Part shown: positions 1-8,672 of the stretch, piece after piece | Layout: each line of letters begins with the position of its first letter | How positions within the stretch are numbered: position 1 is the stretch's first letter | IMG/VR virus record: IMGVR_UViG_3300020057_001229 | Location: 24,688 to 88,687 of that record | Length of the DNA: 64,000 bases | Strand: one strand, 5' to 3' | DNA from: a virus | Notes under the pieces: model-generated | What the model was told of the DNA's origin: nothing | What the model saw: the letters and a program-made list of their open reading frames with translations, nothing else | Databases searched by the model: none | Translations under genes and position numbers: made by a program

Positions 1-2
1 AT

Positions 3-872
3 CTACGCAGTAGAACTAAGAGGGCAGAGTTCCTCCTCACAAACTTCCCCAGCATTGGGACTAGAATTTAAGAGGATCTCGAAGGCTCGCCGCGCTTGGA
101 GCGGTACCACTGAATTCCCAAGGGACTTAATTCTGTCCACTTGATTGGGTACCCCATTAACCACTCGCACCAATTTGGGTTCAATTTCCCACGACAAAAT
201 GGTTGCACCTCCGAGCCAGGATTCAAGATCTTCCCCTCCTCGACGATCTGAACGTAGCGACCTAGACTTAAGCTGGTCGTGTGCCCCGTCTGGGTTTCCC
301 GCCGAATGGAGCCTACCTTCGTCACTACATAGCGATCCTTTGCCCCGAGCACCGCCGCTGCCGTAGCGTCTGTCGTTGTTAAGGTGGGCAAGCATAAACC
401 AACGTTTCCTCGGGTGAGGAGCGCCAACGGCTCCAGCCGATATAACGAGCCACCTACAATCATACCGAAGTTTGGCAATCTCTCCTGTAACTTCAAGTAG
501 TCCGTTTTTGGTAATGTTGGACACGTTTTCCAAGAAGACGAAGCTAGGTCGTAGATCATCAATAAGCCTAACGACTTCGTAGAAAAGACCGCTGCGCTGT
601 CCTGCCAAGCCATGTTGACTTCCATGGCTTGAAATGTCCTGGCATGGAAATCCCCCCGTGATGAGATCAATAGAGGACTCAAAGTGATCTTTTGACAAGG
701 TTCGGACATCTCCCCAGATAGGGGCAAGATCAAGGTAACCGTCGTGCATTCTGGAGAGTAAGACACTCTGGCAAAATTTATTGTTTTCACAATATGCGAT
801 TGTTCTGGCGTAGCCTCTGAGGGAGAGGGACAAGCCCCCAATTCCGCTAAAAAGATCCAAGGCATTTAGCAT
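3..872 (-). CDS. DNA cytosine-C5 methyltransferase
   Basis: Motif I DLFSGIGG, motif IV GGFPCQ, motif VI FLENV, motif VIII HPRKR, motif X RIKSLGNSVVP. Confidence 0.93.
   Translation of the reverse strand: MLNALDLFSGIGGLSLSLRGYARTIAYCENNKFCQSVLLSRMHDGYLDLAPIWGDVRTLSKDHFESSIDLITGGFPCQDISSHGSQHGLAGQRSGLFYEVVRLIDDLRPSFVFLENVSNITKNGLLEVTGEIAKLRYDCRWLVISAGAVGAPHPRKRWFMLAHLNNDRRYGSGGARGKGSLCSDEGRLHSAGNPDGAHDQLKSRSLRSDRRGGEDLESWLGGATILSWEIEPKLVRVVNGVPNQVDRIKSLGNSVVPLQARRAFEILLNSSPNAGEVCEEELCPLSSTA
68..865 (-). CDS. Overlapping alternative-frame ORF, putative second subunit of the methyltransferase carrying motif IX
   Basis: 265-codon open frame nested in the MTase gene with LPTLTTTD and LNPNWCEWLMGYPIKWT (motif IX-like); true start uncertain. 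Confidence 0.5.
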   Translation of the reverse strand: MPWIFLAELGACPSPSEATPEQSHIVKTINFARVSYSPECTTVTLILPLSGEMSEPCQKITLSPLLISSRGDFHARTFQAMEVNMAWQDSAAVFSTKSLGLLMIYDLASSSWKTCPTLPKTDYLKLQERLPNFGMIVGGSLYRLEPLALLTRGNVGLCLPTLTTTDATAAAVLGAKDRYVVTKVGSIRRETQTGHTTSLSLGRYVQIVEEGKILNPGSEVQPFCRGKLNPNWCEWLMGYPIKWTELSPLGIQWYRSKRGEPSRSS

Positions 873-974
873 CTACTTTGTGTTTCCAGTGTTTCCAGTT
901 ATTCACTAACATTAAATCACAGCGTCAACTTGAAATAAAGACATAATGGAAGACACGCAAGACTTCAAAGGACT

Positions 975-1388
975 TCATTTTGAAGAACGACGAGACCTAA
1001 CAATCAACTCGTCGAAGAGCTGCTGCCAGTTGGAGCCGTCCGTCTTCGCTTCGTTCAAGTCCGAGTTCATGATGGTGTGCTCGTAGGGATCGTCAGGATG
1101 CATGAGACCTACGGCGCAGTGACCCATCTCGTGGTAGAGCACTTTCCGCTTCTGCCACTTGTTCCCCGTCCGCCAAAACTCAGCATTGAGAAAGATCTCG
1201 TGCGTCCACATATTGCAATAGGCGTGGGCTTTGCGGCATTGCTGATTCACTACATCGTCAACGTCGGGCATGTCGTCGGAGAGCCTGATGGTGACGGGGG
1301 CTTTAGAGATGAACAGACGAAAGTCCGTCAGCTCCTCAGAGAGGTCTAAGGACAACATCAGCGCTGCTACAAACAACAAAGGAGCCAT
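975..1388 (-). CDS. Putative secreted zinc metallopeptidase
   Basis: Hydrophobic N-terminus; HEMGHCAVGLMH followed by IM (Met-turn-like). Confidence 0.65.
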   Translation of the reverse strand: MAPLLFVAALMLSLDLSEELTDFRLFISKAPVTIRLSDDMPDVDDVVNQQCRKAHAYCNMWTHEIFLNAEFWRTGNKWQKRKVLYHEMGHCAVGLMHPDDPYEHTIMNSDLNEAKTDGSNWQQLFDELIVRSRRSSK

Positions 1389-1426
1389 GCAGAGAATCTG
1401 CGCGGCTCATTGGCTGACCAGCCAGT

Positions 1427-2035
1427 TTAGTCTTCGACAGGCAGCTTCATGAACTCGATGCGGTCAGTGATCCCTAGCTCCCACAGCATGGTGCGGATGT
1501 AGCCGAGGTCTAGCTTGTCGTCACCGAGCTTGTGGCGAATCGCCATAATGTCGGCTTTGTCTTTGTAGCGCATAGAGCCAAGCTTCGTCAGGATCAAGTC
1601 TTCCGCTGAGACGATCTTGACGCTTTGACCTAAAAGGGAAGTTGACTTCGCTCTCTTTAGCATCGACGCCGTAAACGTTGCGTCTTTGTAGCCGATGAAA
1701 TCAACTTCACGCCCGCGATACTCCATCTTGTAGATGACGCGGTTTGGCTTGACGTAGGGCAGCTCTTCCTTCAAGACGAAGCCAAGCTTCTTGAAGTGGT
1801 CAGCGAGCTTGTCTAGGTCTGCGGCAGCTACCACGAAGTCCAAGTCTTCGGTGGCACGCGGCTTAGCGTGGACAGAGATCGCAAGACCACCAGCAAGCAC
1901 TGCGTCCTGAGACGAAAGCTCTTTCAAGACGAGGTTCAAGAACTCGCCAAGCTGCATTCGGTTAGGGGCAGCGAAGATGGCTTCTAGTTCTAAGGCATCG
2001 GCGACGGCTTGTTGTTCTGGTTGTTTGACGGTCAT
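1427..2035 (-). CDS. Nucleotidyltransferase-fold protein (DUF6036/AbiEii-like)
   Basis: GGLA...RATEDLDF and C-terminal K...R.KD.AD motifs. Confidence 0.75.
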   Translation of the reverse strand: MTVKQPEQQAVADALELEAIFAAPNRMQLGEFLNLVLKELSSQDAVLAGGLAISVHAKPRATEDLDFVVAAADLDKLADHFKKLGFVLKEELPYVKPNRVIYKMEYRGREVDFIGYKDATFTASMLKRAKSTSLLGQSVKIVSAEDLILTKLGSMRYKDKADIMAIRHKLGDDKLDLGYIRTMLWELGITDRIEFMKLPVED

Positions 2036-2042
2036 AGATTCC

Positions 2043-2069
2043 CTATCGGCTCATCCCTGAAATTCTTTA
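2043..2069 (-). promoter_or_regulatory. sigma28 (FliA)-like promoter
   Basis: TAAAGAAT-N11-GCCGATAG directly upstream of the nucleotidyltransferase ATG. Confidence 0.65.
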
Positions 2070-2279
2070 GACTATAATCTATAACCCCTAGGTTTGCCTA
2101 CGGGTTTCTACCTACTACTGGGACTTCCCAGAACAAACGTATTGATAGGGGCGCGGAGCCCTCGGGCAGCCACCTCGGGAGGGTCTTATGCGAGTCTGGT
2201 CCTTGGTTATGTTCGTCGTCGCCTGCGTCATGTTCTACCTGACGTTAATCGGCAAGCTGCCCGTCTGATTTCACTCAGC

Positions 2280-3419
2280 CTAAATTTGGACTCGGTGACA
2301 TTGTGTTGACATTATAGGATGTTGCTGAGCGTGAGGCTCAAGAACTTCGTTGTCGCCAGTCTCGAAAGGTGGCGTGGTCGTAGCGACCTTACACTCAAGA
2401 AGAACCCGTTCGAGGTCTTCCTCAGTTTCCAACTTGAAGAACCGATCGCCGGTTATCTTGTAGACCTTATCCCAGTCGATTTCCCGTAGCTGATACCTGC
2501 GTGGGACATCGTTTGGCACAGACATGTAGACGAATTCGGCGATGTCGAACGGCTTCTGAATGTTGGGTACAATAATACCTAGCCAGGCAAATCGTTTGAT
2601 GGTTTTCAGTTTATCAGCGTCTTTCTTTTGAACTTCCTTAAAAGCTTCCATGCCGAAAATTGGTTTGTAATGATGAATACCGTTGTACTCTAACACTATG
2701 TAGTAGTCCCCAACCTTAATTACAGAATCGAATTCCCGCTCTCTGTTTCTATCTTTAACAGCTAGCGCCCCGACGAGCGTTGAAAGAGCGATTGTTGCTA
2801 CAAGCTCTGGTCGAGTAGTGGACCTGTTGCGCTTCATATGCGAGCAAATATCATTTAGAATACCAAGCTTACAAGCGGCGCTATATTTGCCGGGACTACC
2901 TTCTTTGAAGGCTAATCTTGTCTCATATTTCAAGGCTTCAGCTTGAAGTGACTCTAAAGTGTGTTCCTTGTAACGAACAATCATATGCGAGCAAATATCA
3001 GGTATAATACCACGCTTATGAGCGCTATAATATTCGCTGCGGCTACCTTCTTTGAAGGCTGCCATTGTCTCATATTTCAAGGCTTCAGCTTGAAGTGACT
3101 CTAAAGTGTGTACCTTGTGCTGAGCAATCATATGCGAGCAAATATCATTTAGAATACCAAGCCTCCGAGCGGCGCTATATTCGGCGGGACTACCTCCTTG
3201 GAAGGCTGCCCTTGTCTCATATTTCAAGGCTTCAGCTTGAAGCGACTCTAAAGTGTGTTCCTTACGCTGAGCAATCATATGCGAGCAAATATCGTCTAGA
3301 ATACCAAGCCTCCGAGCGGTACTATATTCGGCGGGACTACCTTTCGAGAAGCCTATCCTTGTCTCATATTTCAAGGCTTCAGCTTGAAGTGACTCTAAAG
3401 TGTGTTGTTTATTTGCCAC
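2280..3419 (-). CDS. Repeat-containing putative PD-(D/E)xK (homing-type) endonuclease
   Basis: Four 49-aa N-terminal repeats, then EFD...VLEYNGIHHY...KD..K nuclease-like motif. Confidence 0.65.
   Translation of the reverse strand: MANKQHTLESLQAEALKYETRIGFSKGSPAEYSTARRLGILDDICSHMIAQRKEHTLESLQAEALKYETRAAFQGGSPAEYSAARRLGILNDICSHMIAQHKVHTLESLQAEALKYETMAAFKEGSRSEYYSAHKRGIIPDICSHMIVRYKEHTLESLQAEALKYETRLAFKEGSPGKYSAACKLGILNDICSHMKRNRSTTRPELVATIALSTLVGALAVKDRNREREFDSVIKVGDYYIVLEYNGIHHYKPIFGMEAFKEVQKKDADKLKTIKRFAWLGIIVPNIQKPFDIAEFVYMSVPNDVPRRYQLREIDWDKVYKITGDRFFKLETEEDLERVLLECKVATTTPPFETGDNEVLEPHAQQHPIMSTQCHRVQI
2836..3410 (-). repeat. Four tandem ~147-bp coding repeats
   Basis: HTLESLQAEALKYET...DICSHM x4; 147-nt period (e.g. 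3214 vs 3361). Confidence 0.92.
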
Positions 3420-3566
3420 TAATGCGCTCCATAGGATTTCTTAAAATAATGAAGCGGTGAGAGCTGGTTGTCAAATTTGAAGAACTTGGAACACCAAATT
3501 AAAAGTTTGGTGCCCTCAAAATAAAATCAGGCAACAGTTGCCGTATACTTTTGTATTTTTTGAGAT

Positions 3567-3641
3567 TGGCGACCCTGGCAGGAATCCAACCTGCACGAAG
3601 GCGTTAGAAGCGCCTGATGCTATGCATTACATCACAGAGTC
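3567..3641 (-). tRNA. tRNA-Arg(TCT)
   Basis: Cloverleaf GACTCTG...CAGGGTC-GCCA, anticodon loop CTTCTAA; atypical T-loop TTGGATT. Confidence 0.85.
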
Positions 3642-3693
3642 AATTGTTTGCTGAAGAGAGGGGAGTGCGAACGTAAGATGCAAACGCGGAAGG

Positions 3694-3753
3694 TTACACC
3701 CGCCTGCGTTTTGCCTTAGAGAAAGATCTTGAAGATGTAGAGAGAAAGAACAT
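3694..3753 (-). promoter_or_regulatory. Putative Arg-sensing leader peptide MFFLSTSSRSFSKAKRRRV upstream of tRNA-Arg
   Basis: AGA plus CGC-AGG-CGG just before the stop; the Arg run lies in a hairpin arm; C-rich tract follows. Confidence 0.62.
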
Positions 3754-3807
3754 AGTAGTACCTAGATATTCACGTATACAATTTAGTATATTGTCTTCTG
3801 GAAAAAA

Positions 3808-4263
3808 ATGTCAAAGGGAAATTTCATGGATTATCCAATAGCCACCGTCCGCGAGATCAACGGAGAACTTTTTCTCGACGATCCTACGGCGCTTGCCGTC
3901 ATCAAAGCCACCAGCCGCGCCGCTTGCCGTAAGACGTTTGAGATGCAAAGAGACCGCGTAGAGCACTTCGTCACTCGCACCAGTGCGCTCAACCTTTCGA
4001 CGGAAGATGTTGTCATCGTTTTAGCCAACGCCGATGACCCTAACGGCAAACAGCTCGCCGAAGCCCTCATGCCGAACCACGATTGGCAAGCTTACCGCAA
4101 CCTAGGCGAGCTTCCCTTTGCTCGCGGGCTTGCTGAGAGGGAAGGCATCCAGTGGTTCATAGAGGATATGGAGCCTGACATGGCTTCGGTGCTCAAGAAC
4201 CATGCTGGAGTTGCTGTAGTCGTCGTAGACCACGGCGTCATAGAAGTTCTTTCGCCGTCGTAA
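3808..4263 (+). CDS. Hypothetical phage protein
   Basis: 151-aa ORF with protein-like composition. Confidence 0.7.
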   Translation: MSKGNFMDYPIATVREINGELFLDDPTALAVIKATSRAACRKTFEMQRDRVEHFVTRTSALNLSTEDVVIVLANADDPNGKQLAEALMPNHDWQAYRNLGELPFARGLAEREGIQWFIEDMEPDMASVLKNHAGVAVVVVDHGVIEVLSPS

Positions 4264-4303
4264 GAGTAGTGGTAGGCTTTCTGAAATCCCAAAGGAGCGT
4301 CTA

Positions 4304-4576
4304 ATGACTGACACCCGCGCCGAAGTTGATGCGGCATATGCGGCAATTGCAAAGAGCGAAGCGCGTTTAGCTGAGATTCGTGCAGCTTGTCCTCACACCA
4401 ACTGCCGCATCGGAAACTATTCGTACCGCATCGGCAACGTCCAGCCTGTACGGCTTTGTAGCGATTGCGATCGCGTAGTGGGCGCTCTCTCGTATGAAGA
4501 ATACACCGCTTGGGCAGGGAAAGAGCCTGTGTCAGCAGTAAGCACAACAACAACTAAGGTGTCTTATGGGTCGTAA
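4304..4576 (+). CDS. Small Cys-containing hypothetical protein
   Basis: AGGAG RBS; CPH...CSDC. Confidence 0.65.
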   Translation: MTDTRAEVDAAYAAIAKSEARLAEIRAACPHTNCRIGNYSYRIGNVQPVRLCSDCDRVVGALSYEEYTAWAGKEPVSAVSTTTTKVSYGS

Positions 4577-4835
4577 GCGAGTTGTTCATTTCTCAACTTG
4601 GAACGTTTGCGTCAGCTTCGTCCCTGCGTGCAAGCTAGACTGGTGCTACAACCACGGCTTGTTTGAGGCTCCTCACACCGACGACGAAAGCGAAGTCACT
4701 TGCAAGCGTTGCTTGAAGCAACTTGCGGAGTGGGAGTCGATGGACTTTGAGTTCGTTGACCTCCCAGAGCCACAACCAAACGTAGAACTTCTTTCGTGGC
4801 TTGGGCACCCACCTAAAGACGGTAAAACGGCATGA
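4566..4835 (+). CDS. Hypothetical protein
   Basis: Overlaps neighbours in an operon-like way; VTCKRC motif. Confidence 0.6.
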   Translation: MGRKRVVHFSTWNVCVSFVPACKLDWCYNHGLFEAPHTDDESEVTCKRCLKQLAEWESMDFEFVDLPEPQPNVELLSWLGHPPKDGKTA

Positions 4836-5152
4836 AAATTAATGTTGAGCAAGCAATCGCCTCCCGCAAGCTTTTGGCTGAACGACTACATGAGTTCTTC
4901 AAGGACCAACGTGGGAAAATGATCAGCAAGGCGCTTTTAGACCAAATGTACGGCGAACTCTACGTGTTGATCGAATCGATTAAGCAAGCAGACGTAGGCG
5001 GTATCCCGCTTGAGGCTCCTAAGTTCATGCTAAGGTTCGACGCTTTTAACAAAAGCATGTTAGAAGTGCTTCCTACCAATGAGTCTGCCGTATGGATGAC
5101 AATGCTGTGGGAGACACTAGACGGCGAACCACCACACGAAAGGCAGGCATAA
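4832..5152 (+). CDS. Hypothetical protein
   Basis: ATGA overlap with the previous gene. Confidence 0.65.
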   Translation: MKINVEQAIASRKLLAERLHEFFKDQRGKMISKALLDQMYGELYVLIESIKQADVGGIPLEAPKFMLRFDAFNKSMLEVLPTNESAVWMTMLWETLDGEPPHERQA

Positions 5153-5610
5153 GTTTGGACATGGCGACTTGGACACTCGACACAGCCACATTCAAGATTT
5201 TGGATGATGCTGTGGAAGACACTAGACGGCGAACCAGCTACACCATGCGAAAGGCAAGCCTAAGTTTGGACATGGCGACTTTGACACTCGACACAGCCAC
5301 ATTCAAGATTGTGGAAGAGCTGCGGCAGCTTCTGCTAGAGGGGCAACAACAGTTCAAGTTTGAAATGTTCAACGATCCTAAGTGCTACGGCTTTGATCTT
5401 GAAGTTGAAAGCTTTAAAGCGTCCGTCTATCTGTGGCACGAACTCAGCGCGATTGTCGTAGCTGTCTGCGGAGACGGAAGCGTCAAGAATTCAAAACAAG
5501 AGAAATTTCCGTTGATACACTTCTACGGCAAAGACACCGCCGTCGCAGAGTTCGTGCTCAAGAGTCTCGGTGCGCAGACCAAGTTCTCGCGCTGGAGTGA
5601 CGCTCTTTGA
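5092..5610 (+). CDS. Hypothetical protein; start region duplicated, true start uncertain
   Basis: ORF with a duplicated N-terminal segment. Confidence 0.5.
   Translation: MDDNAVGDTRRRTTTRKAGISLDMATWTLDTATFKILDDAVEDTRRRTSYTMRKASLSLDMATLTLDTATFKIVEELRQLLLEGQQQFKFEMFNDPKCYGFDLEVESFKASVYLWHELSAIVVAVCGDGSVKNSKQEKFPLIHFYGKDTAVAEFVLKSLGAQTKFSRWSDAL
5103..5310 (+). repeat. Imperfect ~105-110 bp tandem duplication
   Basis: TGCTGTGG..GACACTAGACGGCGAACCA and AAGTTTGGACATGGCGACTT.GACACTCGACACAGCCACATTCAAGATT each occur twice. Confidence 0.85.
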
Positions 5611-5674
5611 AAGAGGCAGCTTGAGTTGCCCTAAAAATATATACTTTGCAAATCAACTAGTTACAAGCTTTACT

Positions 5675-5701
5675 TAAAGCTTTAAGATTAAATCCCGAGA
5701 A
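5675..5701 (+). promoter_or_regulatory. sigma28-like promoter
   Basis: TAAAGCTT-N11-CCCGAGAA upstream of the 5744 ORF. Confidence 0.45.
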
Positions 5702-5743
5702 GTCTCCTGTTGGTGCCACGCACCACATCACAAAGGAGACCAG

Positions 5744-6475
5744 ATGCCAATCATCACTCGCAAGCAAGACGGCACCGAAGAGCTGACCTTCGTAGGTATG
5801 GTTCTTCAAGTCCACGGTTACGTCTATATGGGTAACGACTGTGAGAAGGCGTTTGCTACGGTCTGGCTCGAAGCTGAGGGTCGCCCTAAGCGCGTCGGCT
5901 ACAGCTCGCTCCACTACGACTACGGTCAAGACCGCAACTCTGCCGTCATCGACGCCTCCCCAGAGATCAAGACCCTCTTCAACAACTGGTGTGCCGCCGA
6001 AGAGGCGCGCCACGACGCAGAGGAAGCTGCTCGCCGCGAGCGCGAGTTCGGTCGCGGTAAGAAGGTCGTCGTCGCTCGCGGACGCAAGGTCCCTAAAGGC
6101 ACCATCGGTGAAATCTTCTGGATCGGTGACAACGGCTACGGCGAGTCGCTGGGGCTCTTCCTAGCTGACGGCACGAAGGTCTTCACGGCATCGAAGAACT
6201 GCGACATCATTCTTAAGAACGGTGTTGCTGAGCGTGCGGAAGGGGCGGCGTCCACTGAGACAGTCAAAGCTGAGTTCGCCAAAGGCGTCGGCGTCGAACT
6301 GAACGGCGAGCAGGGAACCATCTTCTGGATTGGGCAAGCAAAGAACGGCAGCGGCGTTCGTGTAGGCGTCGAATTTGCGGACGGCGACCGCCGCTTCTAC
6401 GCACAGGAGCAGGTCGCAATTCCAGGTGCGCAAGTGCAGAAGAGCCTTGAGGCAAGCACGCAAGCACACCTCTGA
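5744..6475 (+). CDS. Hypothetical phage protein with repeated beta-rich GxIFWIG modules
   Basis: AAGGAG RBS; strong codon bias; RGRKVPKGTIGEIFWIG and a second GTIFWIG. Confidence 0.8.
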   Translation: MPIITRKQDGTEELTFVGMVLQVHGYVYMGNDCEKAFATVWLEAEGRPKRVGYSSLHYDYGQDRNSAVIDASPEIKTLFNNWCAAEEARHDAEEAARREREFGRGKKVVVARGRKVPKGTIGEIFWIGDNGYGESLGLFLADGTKVFTASKNCDIILKNGVAERAEGAASTETVKAEFAKGVGVELNGEQGTIFWIGQAKNGSGVRVGVEFADGDRRFYAQEQVAIPGAQVQKSLEASTQAHL

Positions 6476-6514
6476 AAAGATCAGATGATGATCAGGCAGT
6501 TACCAGTCTTACTC

Positions 6515-6541
6515 TAAAGTCTTTAACCATTCGTCCGATAG
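6515..6541 (+). promoter_or_regulatory. sigma28-like promoter
   Basis: TAAAGTCT-N11-TCCGATAG upstream of the 6572 ORF. Confidence 0.6.
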
Positions 6542-6571
6542 AAGTCGTAACCACTCACAGAAGGCTTACCA

Positions 6572-6772
6572 ATGAAAATCAAATTGGACCTAGACGATCG
6601 GCTCAAGTTAGAAAAGCTAGCGAAGCTAGAGGGCTTCTCGTCTGCATCTGAGTACGCCTGCTTTCTCTTGGATAGTGCTATGAACTCCCTCTTGGAGAAG
6701 GCTGGTGGTGACGAAGACTACGCCGCTCTACTTGGCGCGGAAGAACTCTTCGGGAAGCAACTCCGTCAATAA
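6572..6772 (+). CDS. Small ribbon-helix-helix-like protein
   Basis: Alternating beta pattern KIKLDL then helices (LEKLAKLEG.S.SEY). Confidence 0.5.
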   Translation: MKIKLDLDDRLKLEKLAKLEGFSSASEYACFLLDSAMNSLLEKAGGDEDYAALLGAEELFGKQLRQ

Positions 6773-6786
6773 AGAGAGGCAAGAAA

Positions 6787-7185
6787 GTGAAGATCAAGCT
6801 TCAGGGGAACCTTCACGTTGCCCAAGAAGTCTTGAACGCCGTACAAGCTTTAGGCGTTCTCGACTCGTCGTTGCTGTGGGTGGAAGCCTACTCTAACGGG
6901 CGTGAGCAGGGCTTTGCGATCTTTCGTGCGACATCGAAAACAATGTCCGCCCGCTACATCATGTTCTCGGAATCTCGCGGCTCAGACCGCATCGTCATCT
7001 ACGACAACGGCGACAAGTCTCCCAACATGCAAGGCAACACGCCGTCTGAAGAGGCGTACAAAAAAGCGACGTACTTCGACTGCGGGCACTACACGCTCGC
7101 TGCCCAACACATCATCGGTCTTCTCGAAGAAGTTCCTACGACACGGCTCCAACGCTGGACGCAGAACCTTTCCCTCTCCGACTAA
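6787..7185 (+). CDS. Hypothetical protein
   Basis: GTG start with GAGG RBS, 132 aa. Confidence 0.65.
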   Translation: MKIKLQGNLHVAQEVLNAVQALGVLDSSLLWVEAYSNGREQGFAIFRATSKTMSARYIMFSESRGSDRIVIYDNGDKSPNMQGNTPSEEAYKKATYFDCGHYTLAAQHIIGLLEEVPTTRLQRWTQNLSLSD

Positions 7186-7219
7186 AAAGTCTAGACAAAA
7201 AGACCGCTACGGTTTAAAG

Positions 7220-7252
7220 GTGCAATACCTTCTCCTTCCATCGCTACCGTAA
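7220..7252 (+). promoter_or_regulatory. Second, diverged Leu/Pro-rich leader peptide (GTG start, MQYLLLPSLP)
   Basis: Homologous to 7674-7727; Leu/Pro content kept despite nucleotide divergence. Confidence 0.5.
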
Positions 7253-7254
7253 AG

Positions 7255-7569
7255 GTGCAGAGCAACCCGTCCCTTTCTATTTTTCAAGGCAGAAAGGGAA
7301 ACGAAGTGAGCACCATCTGGATGAAGCTGTTCAATAAGGTCGAAGAGGTAGCCAAGCCCTTCCTCGTCATTTCTGAAACCGCCACCTCGACCTGGCACTA
7401 CCACTTCCGACTGGTAGGTCCCGAGGGCGCGGCAGCGCTATGCGGCGCGAAACTCGGATGGGACACGACGATGCCGCTCTCGACGTGGGGGCTCAAGGAT
7501 CACATCCCGTCCCGCTACTGCGGAACATGCGAAAAGGAAGCGCGTGCTCGCGGTTTGTGGGCGGGGTGA
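7255..7569 (+). CDS. Hypothetical protein (probable start GTG ~7306)
   Basis: ORF with ALCG...YCGTC motifs, lying between the two leader copies. Confidence 0.6.
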   Translation: MQSNPSLSIFQGRKGNEVSTIWMKLFNKVEEVAKPFLVISETATSTWHYHFRLVGPEGAAALCGAKLGWDTTMPLSTWGLKDHIPSRYCGTCEKEARARGLWAG

Positions 7570-7638
7570 AGCTTAAGCTCTGCGTCTGCGAGAAGACCGC
7601 TGACGACTAAAAAATTCTCATCTACGCCTCGAAAAGTA

Positions 7639-7667
7639 TTGACGAAGAGACCGTACTACGATACGGT
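7639..7667 (+). promoter_or_regulatory. sigma70-like promoter of the tRNA-Pro/Leu operon
   Basis: TTGACG-N17-TACGGT; leader ATG starts 7 nt after the -10 box (leaderless). Confidence 0.6.
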
Positions 7668-7673
7668 TAATTT

Positions 7674-7727
7674 ATGCAATACTTTCTCCCTCCATTGCTA
7701 CCCCTCCTGACCAAGCTCTTACCGTAA
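7674..7727 (+). promoter_or_regulatory. Leu/Pro-sensing leader peptide MQYFLPPLLPLLTKLLP
   Basis: 7 Leu (CTC, TTG, CTA, CTG, TTA) and 4 Pro (all four codons) in 17 codons, upstream of tRNA-Pro and four tRNA-Leu. Confidence 0.78.
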
Positions 7728-7804
7728 AGGTAAAAGCAACACCGGTCCTATCTCCGTCTCTATTTTTCACCAGCTAAGTTTTTGAGGACAATCGTCATGT
7801 TAAA

Positions 7805-7957
7805 ATGACTCCATATCAGTGTTCGTGCTGTGGCTCCAAGACGACGCTCCCAACGTTGGTTTGGTTGCCTGAAAAAGCGCCAGAGATAGTTAAGGTAGAA
7901 TGTTTAAGGTGCGGGTTTGTGTGGTTGAAGCCGAAGGGCTTTAGTATCGTTCGATAA
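7805..7957 (+). CDS. Small zinc-ribbon protein (50 aa)
   Basis: CSCC...CLRC; below the ORF-track cutoff. Confidence 0.55.
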   Translation: MTPYQCSCCGSKTTLPTLVWLPEKAPEIVKVECLRCGFVWLKPKGFSIVR

Positions 7958-7958
7958 T

Positions 7959-8036
7959 CGGGCAGTGGGCTAATTGGTAAGCCGCTTGGTTTGGGACCAA
8001 GACATCATGCGAGTTCAAGTCTCGCCTGCCCGACCA
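7959..8036 (+). tRNA. tRNA-Pro(TGG)
   Basis: CGGGCAG...CTGCCCG-ACCA, loop TTTGGGA, T-loop TTCAAGT. Confidence 0.95.
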
Positions 8037-8076
8037 CTTCCTTAGATTCGTTTGGGAACTCAAAAGGAGATCCCAA

Positions 8077-8442
8077 ATGTCTGACGACATAGAGAAAAAA
8101 AGAAAGTATTGGCGTGATTGGTACTACAGAAAGATGGATCAAGATCCTGAGTGGCGTAAAGCAGAATCAGAGCGGAATAGCGTCAAGCGCAAAGTTAAGA
8201 GGGACTGGTTAGTAGGGCTGAAAAAAAGTATGAAGTGCGCCAGATGTGATTTTTCAGATTTTAGGGCGTTGTGCTTCCATCACTCCGATCCTTCGCAGAA
8301 AAAGGGGGAGATCGCAAATATGATAAAAGAAAACTACGGCAAAGAGCGGATTTTGGAGGAGATGGCTAAGTGTGAAGTTCTGTGTCAGAATTGCCACCAT
8401 ATTGAACACTATGAACAGCGTACACAGTCTAAAGTCGCATAA
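8077..8442 (+). CDS. HNH endonuclease
   Basis: CARC...LCFHHSDP...KCEVLCQNCHHIEH. Confidence 0.85.
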   Translation: MSDDIEKKRKYWRDWYYRKMDQDPEWRKAESERNSVKRKVKRDWLVGLKKSMKCARCDFSDFRALCFHHSDPSQKKGEIANMIKENYGKERILEEMAKCEVLCQNCHHIEHYEQRTQSKVA

Positions 8443-8560
8443 ATATCTTTTGAGTCTCGTGTGGTGGTGAAACTGGTTTACTTAGGATTGGGGGGAGAGA
8501 AGTAGGGCATCTATAGGTTCTATAGGACCATTTTCACCTACTTCTCAAAGGGCTTTTTCA

Positions 8561-8665
8561 ATGGCATATTTCAACGGTTTCGTTAGCGGCGTTCTATTTG
8601 GTCTCGGACTTTTCGTCGCTTCTGTGTTAGTACAGGCATTGTTCCATATGCCTTTGCTTGGGTAA
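8561..8665 (+). CDS. Small membrane peptide (34 aa)
   Basis: MAYFNGFVSGVLFGLGLFVASVLVQALFHMPLLG, one hydrophobic helix. Confidence 0.45.
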   Translation: MAYFNGFVSGVLFGLGLFVASVLVQALFHMPLLG

Positions 8666-8672
8666 ATCTTCC

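Noticed and set aside
2836-3410. Possible CRISPR array
   Set aside because: 147-bp in-frame coding repeats without unique spacers; no cas genes in the window.
8497-8546. GAGAAGTAGG/CCTACTTCTC hairpin between the HNH gene and tRNA-Leu as another attenuator
   Set aside because: No cognate-codon uORF or immediate U-tract found; function unsupported.
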